Shown here in pieces: positions 58,543 through 64,000 of a stretch of 64,000 nt of DNA. A program made the position numbers and the translations under genes. Source of the DNA: Planctomycetota bacterium (lineage in GTDB: Bacteria > Planctomycetota > PLA2 > JAEUHO01); assembly GCA_965222115.1 (NCBI GenBank), contig CBDCTJ010000001.1, forward strand, positions 64,001 through 128,000, written 5' to 3'. The notes beneath the pieces are model-generated. The model was not told the origin of the DNA. It worked only from the letters and a program-made list of their open reading frames with translations, and did no database searches. Positions within the stretch are counted from its first letter, which is position 1. Every line of letters starts with the position of its first letter.

Positions 58543-60044
58543 CGGTTCTCTCCTTCGCTCTTCGTCTCGGAGACGCCTTCGACATGTCGATGCGTGGTGA
58601 TGCCGAACTTCTTGCAGATCTCGTCGTGTGCGCCATCCGCTGTCCCACGATTGATTACGAGCGGCGGTGTATTGACGCCTTCAAATGCGATATGGATGAC
58701 GTCACCGCCGGCATCCACGAGGTGAACGAAATGAGCAAAGTCTTTGGGCTCTTTGCCATTCACCGTTGCCACGATGTCATTGCGATACGACTGGTAACGC
58801 GTGGTGCGATGCGGAAAGACTTTGCTGATCACGACGAGTTGTTCGCGCGTCTCCCCCTCTTTCGCCTCCAATCGGTAGTACTGATTGAAGTAATAACGCA
58901 GTTCGGTGCTGGCACCGGATTGAGAGAGATAGTTAGACGTGACGGGGCAGAACATGTAGCCCCCCCACACCATGAATTCCGGCTTCTTGAGGTATCGCGT
59001 GGCCGGCGTCATGCGCGCTTCCCAGGCCTTGAGCGTTACTGTGATCTCTTTGGGCTCTCCGCCGCGACGAATGTTGAGCTTCACGGTTTCGCCCACTTGC
59101 TTGTCTTCTACAACATGCGTGTACTCAAAGAAGTCGTCGTCGATCTCAATCGTTCCGTCGTTCTGAACCGGATGCCCGTCGATGGCCTGCAAAACATCGT
59201 TGCGCTGGACGTGACCGACGGCGCTTGCATAGGGCATGGCCTTCAAAATCAGCACGCCCGACTCGCCATCGGGGACGCCGAGATACTTACGCAGCGCGTC
59301 GTTCTCGAGTTTCTCGGTGTAAAGCCCAAGCTCCGGATACCCGTGATAGACGTTGTCCTCGACGTCGCGCAGAAAGTGGCGCACCACGGAAGGCGGAATC
59401 ATGTAGCCAATGCTCTGCGAAAAGAACTGCCCCTGAAACGCGACGCCCACGACCTTGTCGCCTTGAATCACGGGGCCGCCGCTGTTGCCGGGATTGATGG
59501 CCGCATCGATTTGAATCGCAAGGTGTTCATCGGCATTGGAGTGTACGTAGTTCTGCACTTCAATGCGCGACACCACGCCTTCGGTCATGCTCAACTTACT
59601 ACCGCCCGTGGGATACCCCACGGTGGCGACCGTAGATCGCATGGCCGGTCGATCACCAATCTCAAGGGGCTTCATGCCCTCGAAGAACGACTTGTCGTCG
59701 GTGGTGAGCATGGCGAGGTCGCAGTCGTTTCCAGCAAACAGCACGCGGGCTTGATAGCGCTTGGGTGAATCGGCGCGTTTGACCATCAAGTTGCGTGCGT
59801 CACTCACCACGTGGGCATTGCTCACTAGGCGATCACCGCCAATGAAAAACGCGCTACCGCCCGACATCGATGCGCGCGGGCGCTGCCAAGGACGCACGTA
59901 GTCTTCTGGCTGTGAGGTGGTAAACACCTGCACGACCGAGGCGCGCATGGCCTTGATATCAAGTTCCGGGCGCGTTGCCGTTTCGGCCCGAAGTGGTGTG
60001 GAAGTCGCGAACAGGCACGCGACGACGAAAAGAAAGATTCGCAT
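58539..60044 (-). CDS. Deg/HtrA-family serine protease with two PDZ domains (Deg2-type)
   Basis: Signal peptide; SNAHVV, DCDLAML, QIDAAINPGNSGGP, GVAFQ; PDZ DVLQAIDG. Confidence 0.93.
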   Translation of the reverse strand: MRIFLFVVACLFATSTPLRAETATRPELDIKAMRASVVQVFTTSQPEDYVRPWQRPRASMSGGSAFFIGGDRLVSNAHVVSDARNLMVKRADSPKRYQARVLFAGNDCDLAMLTTDDKSFFEGMKPLEIGDRPAMRSTVATVGYPTGGSKLSMTEGVVSRIEVQNYVHSNADEHLAIQIDAAINPGNSGGPVIQGDKVVGVAFQGQFFSQSIGYMIPPSVVRHFLRDVEDNVYHGYPELGLYTEKLENDALRKYLGVPDGESGVLILKAMPYASAVGHVQRNDVLQAIDGHPVQNDGTIEIDDDFFEYTHVVEDKQVGETVKLNIRRGGEPKEITVTLKAWEARMTPATRYLKKPEFMVWGGYMFCPVTSNYLSQSGASTELRYYFNQYYRLEAKEGETREQLVVISKVFPHRTTRYQSYRNDIVATVNGKEPKDFAHFVHLVDAGGDVIHIAFEGVNTPPLVINRGTADGAHDEICKKFGITTHRHVEGVSETKSEGENR

Positions 60045-60094
60045 CGGCGAAGTGTACTCGCAGCCCATGCCAGCGGCGCTGCGGGAATGGGTTC

Positions 60095-60745
60095 CTATCC
60101 CAAATCGGGTGGTGGTTCATAGGGCGCCACGGCTCCTTCGGCCATTTCGTGCAGCTTCTTGCGGTGCGTGTCGATGAGGGCATCGGGTCGGCAGCTAAAG
60201 AGGCGACGGCCATCTAAGTCCAAGACCTCAAATCCCACGGTTTGCGTGTGATCCACCACCACTTGAAAATCCTCGGCACCGGCGTCGAGCAGCGCGCGAT
60301 AGACCAACGCTCGATCACGCTTGGCCACGCGCACTTCCGACGGTCGATCCATGGTGTTCGCAGCGAGCTTGGCGAAGTGAAACTCGATGGCACGTTCGTA
60401 TCGAGGCGAACCGGGCAACGCGTTGAGTGCCATACGCACGCGGGCTTCAAAGCGCTCAACCAACGAACCGCTACTCGTGGCCAAGACCGCGTTAACTTCA
60501 CGCTCTGCCGATCGCATGCAGGCCGCTTCCGCCGTGGCGCCGCGTTTCGATCCCTGTTCCCGCGCCGCCGCCGCGAGCGATTCCAACTCGTCCTCCGCCG
60601 CACGCACAACATCTCGTGCGCGATTCAATGCGCGGTCATGCACACGTCGGCAGGAAACCTTGGCGTCGGCCAACACGGTGTCGATCAATTTCTGAAACGG
60701 GTTGATCGCGCTAGCGGATGATGGGGACGATGGATCGTGCGTCAT
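60095..60745 (-). CDS. A/V-type ATPase subunit E-like protein
   Basis: N-terminal coiled coil KLIDTVLADAK...SAERE, then Y..I, V...D, GFEVLDLDGR C-terminal domain; ATGA overlap with subunit I. Confidence 0.75.
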   Translation of the reverse strand: MTHDPSSPSSASAINPFQKLIDTVLADAKVSCRRVHDRALNRARDVVRAAEDELESLAAAAREQGSKRGATAEAACMRSAEREVNAVLATSSGSLVERFEARVRMALNALPGSPRYERAIEFHFAKLAANTMDRPSEVRVAKRDRALVYRALLDAGAEDFQVVVDHTQTVGFEVLDLDGRRLFSCRPDALIDTHRKKLHEMAEGAVAPYEPPPDLG

Positions 60746-62712
60746 GTCGTCTCCCTTCTGCTCGACGAAGAAGCATCCGTTGCGCACTGAAACGGTGAGA
60801 ACGGACGCGTGAGTCCACGCGTGCCGAAGGCCACGTCATACGGCAATCCCATCGCCACGTGCGCGGGATCGGCCACGCAAGCAACAAGGCCCACAAGCAC
60901 CGCGACCGGCGCAAGAATCCACGCCCACACACTACCTGAGGCCAATCCCGCAAATCCTTGGTCGGCAATCCATGCTGACAACGACACGACCGCAATGAGT
61001 CGAATCATCACTGTGGTTTCGAGCGTTAGGCGCATCAACGGATGTCGTCCGCGATCCAACCAAAGTAATACGGAGAGCGGTGCAACCAGCCAGGGGACGA
61101 CCCACCATGCTGTTTCGCTGCCAGACACTGTTTCGCTGCCAAACACAATGGCGGGCCACTGCCACACCATCCACCCCACACCGGCAACGGTTACGTATTC
61201 GAGTGCGGCGCGAAGTCGAGACGGTGCGGCACGCCCTTTTAGCAACGCAGCGAGTGCACAGGCGCCAGCCCACACGGCACATGCAAACGCAATCCAACCC
61301 ATGAAGAGACCGGTGCCTCTCACGATGTCGAGGTGCAATACGTCGCCCGGGGCGCTGCCGAGTGCGTGTCGTATGGCCGCCTCCGGTGCGGCACCCCAGG
61401 TTCCGTCAAGTAGTGCTTGCCCCGCTGGCCCCGCCACCCGTCCGAAGCACACGCCAAAGATTGTGGCAACCACTCCGGCGCTCAACGCCATCCACCCCAC
61501 ATCGCGACGTGGTGAACTTCGTCGTGCGGAAAACCAAAGTAGGGCGCCCAACGCCATCAACAGCACGCCCGCACCAACGTCGCTCCAGGCCGCGCCACAA
61601 GCCAGCGGCGCTGTGGTTGCCAAGGCCGCGGTCACCGAGTGCTGCCCCATGGCTCGCGGATGCAATCCAACCAACGCCGAAAGCGGCAACTCGGCGACGC
61701 GATGGACAACGGTGGGCGCGTCGGTGGATTCGTCGAGCGGACGCACAACAACGACGTCGCCATGTTCGTCATGGATCGCGCGACGAAGTGTTTCTTCTTC
61801 TTCCGCGGGTACAAAGACGCGCGCTGCAACGACGTGGCGCGTTGCGGCAAGTTTGTTGCGCGCGTTTCTTCGATCCTGGGCGTCCTGTAGCGTGCTCCAA
61901 AGCAGACGCCCGCGCTGCCCCACTTCCAACACCGTCGTAGCGAGTCCGGCACGCGCGTCGCGTTCCGCCGCGCGTGCCTCTTCGCGCATCGACTGAAAGC
62001 GCTCTCGTGCTGCTTGAAGGGGGACGCCCTTTGTGTCGGAAGGCAACGTAAGGCTTGTTGCACCGTACGCAACGGCCGCGCGGTCGGCTTTCTCGGGAAG
62101 TGCTGCACCGGATCGAACCACGACGGCATGACAGCGATGCCCCTCGGCACGTGCAACGAGCAGGCCGAGCCTGCGAAAGCGTTTGGCCAATGCGCGCGCC
62201 GCGCGACGACCGCCGCGAAGCACGAAAAAATGGCCGCCAACCGATGTTTCGCCGCTCTTTTCAAGGGCGCGAAATCCGGCGTAGAGCCCTTCGGCCGATT
62301 CCAACGACGCCTCGGCGGATTTGAGGGACTCGAGCGATGCGTGGAGTCGCTTGGCAATCGTTTCGGCTTCTTCTTGCTGGCTCAAGATGGCGGCGCGGTG
62401 CATATGCCCCGGGCCGAGTTCCCAGTGGATGGTTTGGGAACGAACGTGCAAGCCAGTGTCTTGCTTTAGCGTATGAGCCGGCGGGAGCACGCGCTCAACG
62501 CCCTGCAACCAGCGAAACGCTTCGCCTCGCAGGACATCGCTCTCGAGTTCATCGGTCGTGGGCGCGGGGCGCGCAATGCCCTCAACACCTTCCAAGCCAC
62601 GTATGGCGTCGGCTAGGTGACACACACCCGTGCCTTGAAGCGTTGCAATCCACCCGTCGAGTTCGTCGCGTGGCCCAAGAATCTCAAGATGCACAAGGTC
62701 TTTACTGCGCAT
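60742..62712 (-). CDS. A/V-type ATPase subunit I (a)-like protein, degenerate
   Basis: LEILGP...LQGTGVCHL N-terminus; KLAATRHV..RVFVP; APT; CGAAWSDVGAG; IFGVCFG; MIRLIAV; C-terminal RPFSPF; several TM helices. Confidence 0.78.
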   Translation of the reverse strand: MRSKDLVHLEILGPRDELDGWIATLQGTGVCHLADAIRGLEGVEGIARPAPTTDELESDVLRGEAFRWLQGVERVLPPAHTLKQDTGLHVRSQTIHWELGPGHMHRAAILSQQEEAETIAKRLHASLESLKSAEASLESAEGLYAGFRALEKSGETSVGGHFFVLRGGRRAARALAKRFRRLGLLVARAEGHRCHAVVVRSGAALPEKADRAAVAYGATSLTLPSDTKGVPLQAARERFQSMREEARAAERDARAGLATTVLEVGQRGRLLWSTLQDAQDRRNARNKLAATRHVVAARVFVPAEEEETLRRAIHDEHGDVVVVRPLDESTDAPTVVHRVAELPLSALVGLHPRAMGQHSVTAALATTAPLACGAAWSDVGAGVLLMALGALLWFSARRSSPRRDVGWMALSAGVVATIFGVCFGRVAGPAGQALLDGTWGAAPEAAIRHALGSAPGDVLHLDIVRGTGLFMGWIAFACAVWAGACALAALLKGRAAPSRLRAALEYVTVAGVGWMVWQWPAIVFGSETVSGSETAWWVVPWLVAPLSVLLWLDRGRHPLMRLTLETTVMIRLIAVVSLSAWIADQGFAGLASGSVWAWILAPVAVLVGLVACVADPAHVAMGLPYDVAFGTRGLTRPFSPFQCATDASSSSRRETT

Positions 62713-63064
62713 CGTGTTCGTCTTCCCCGCACAGGTAGCGCAGCGCATCGTCGACCAGCGCGGTCAACGTCGTTTCGCTGGTTTCGATCCACCGATCGAT
62801 GGACTCACGCGCATGCCGCACGCGCGACGCCGCACGTGCCTCGGCATCGGCCACCGCAAGCTGTTCAGCCGCACGTGCCGCTTCGTCTATCGTCCCCTGG
62901 CCGGCTTCTTGGATGCGAACGGCATCGGACTCGGCTTGCGTGACGCGCTCGGCCGCGTCGCGCTCGGCGTCTTCGATCTCGTCCCGCGCCCAATCTTCGA
63001 CCGCAAGAAAACTGGGCAACGCACTTCGGCCAGGAATCGGAGGCGGGAAGTCGGGACCATCCAT
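62702..63064 (-). CDS. A/V-type ATPase subunit H/G-like peripheral-stalk protein
   Basis: 120-aa Ala/Glu-rich coiled coil (VEDWARDEIEDAERDAAERVTQAESDA) overlapping the start of subunit I. Confidence 0.7.
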   Translation of the reverse strand: MDGPDFPPPIPGRSALPSFLAVEDWARDEIEDAERDAAERVTQAESDAVRIQEAGQGTIDEAARAAEQLAVADAEARAASRVRHARESIDRWIETSETTLTALVDDALRYLCGEDEHDAQ

Positions 63065-63115
63065 GGCCCGAGAATACGCGAAACCGCCCCCCGGCAAATC
63101 TTCCCCTGTGTGGCG

Positions 63116-64000
63116 CTATCTCAGGGGGACGTCTTGGAACCGCAATGTGATGGTGCCCTGATCTTCGTGCTCAAACCACGTGATCGCAACGGCCTTGGGA
63201 TCGCCTGTACCGAGTCGGTAGACGCGCGCCGGCATATGCAGCATGCCATCGGCGCTCACGCTCCGACCCCCCGTGACATACATGGGATGCCAGCGTCCGT
63301 CGGCCGCCTGAATCGCAATCGAGGCCGACTGCCTTGCAACGTCGCTCGGTAGATGGGCACGCGCCTCGGCCGTGTAGCTGCCGCGCGGACCTTGGCTCAC
63401 GGACTCAAGCGATCGCAGCTCAATGCGTTTTCCGCGTTTCGACGTGAGTCGCGCGCCTGATGCATCCTTGTGTGCCGGAAGAGTCTCGAAGTCATTGAAT
63501 GTGACGACGCGTTTGCCGTGACGCAAACGTAATGGAAACGCAAGCTCCAAGCTCGCGAGGGTCGATCCGCATTTGGCATGGTCTGCGCGCAGGGACACGT
63601 CGATCGTGCGACGAAACGTGCCCTGCGAAACGCCCATGACGCTGGAGCGGGTCTTCGCAATCGGTGACGAGAATGTGTTTCCCTGCTTGTCTTTGGCTTC
63701 CACAATGCGCGGTGGAGAAAACTGACGCAACGAAACGCTGGGCGCGAAATCGAGTTCGAGCTTGAGGGCGTAGAGCGGTAACGTCGGTGCACCGAAGCTC
63801 TTCGTGGAAGAGACCGACACAACGCGCGCGCGCAGGGGCCCCGTTGTAGCGGATGGAATGGGAGTTCCACCTTCGATGGCCGGCGGCATGGCACGAATCG
63901 AAACCATCCCCGCACGGGTGGGCGGACCCGCCACATCCAACTTGGTTGCTCGTAGCACCTCATCCAAGGCGGTGAAGTAGCTCACGTTTCGCACGTCAGC
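63116..64000 (-). CDS. Hypothetical protein (5'-partial), beta-rich
   Basis: Frame open to window edge; no recognisable ATPase motifs. Confidence 0.7.
   Translation of the reverse strand, partial: ADVRNVSYFTALDEVLRATKLDVAGPPTRAGMVSIRAMPPAIEGGTPIPSATTGPLRARVVSVSSTKSFGAPTLPLYALKLELDFAPSVSLRQFSPPRIVEAKDKQGNTFSSPIAKTRSSVMGVSQGTFRRTIDVSLRADHAKCGSTLASLELAFPLRLRHGKRVVTFNDFETLPAHKDASGARLTSKRGKRIELRSLESVSQGPRGSYTAEARAHLPSDVARQSASIAIQAADGRWHPMYVTGGRSVSADGMLHMPARVYRLGTGDPKAVAITWFEHEDQGTITLRFQDVPLR

Noticed and set aside
63116-64000. Upstream ORF as a missing V-ATPase subunit
   Set aside because: Visible part is beta-rich with no Walker motifs, proteolipid hairpin or D-subunit coiled coil

Overview
High-GC bacterial chromosomal window. 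The gene content (secreted HEAT proteins, carboxypeptidase-regulatory-repeat protein, FecR/ECF pair, atp operon layout) suggests Planctomycetota, but this is inference. It contains: (1) two Rhs/YD polymorphic-toxin cassettes (<2-4014 and 33549-42826) with a colinear, near-identical core but unrelated C-terminal tips and immunity genes, each followed by the same hairpin element and a GspC-like gene (truncated in copy 2); (2) an ECF sigma/FecR pair, pyrBI, a class III aminotransferase and MoxR; (3) an ADP-heptose/LPS-core cluster with a nucleotidyltransferase-kinase fusion and a doubly frameshifted deoxyhypusine-synthase-fold gene, with no gmhA in the window; (4) a complete F1Fo ATP synthase operon; (5) an Aat-NUDIX fusion and three large lipoproteins; (6) a dispersed inverted-repeat family; (7) the most unusual region, a tightly coupled minus-strand operon (54178-63064) of A/V-ATPase stator subunits only (H/G, degenerate I, E; no K, C, F, A, B, D), an active plus a catalytically dead Deg/HtrA protease, an MCE-like protein and a fused MlaF-MlaE ABC transporter. 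No tRNA, rRNA, CRISPR array, transposase or integrase was recognised. All family calls are by eye from motifs, with no database search.
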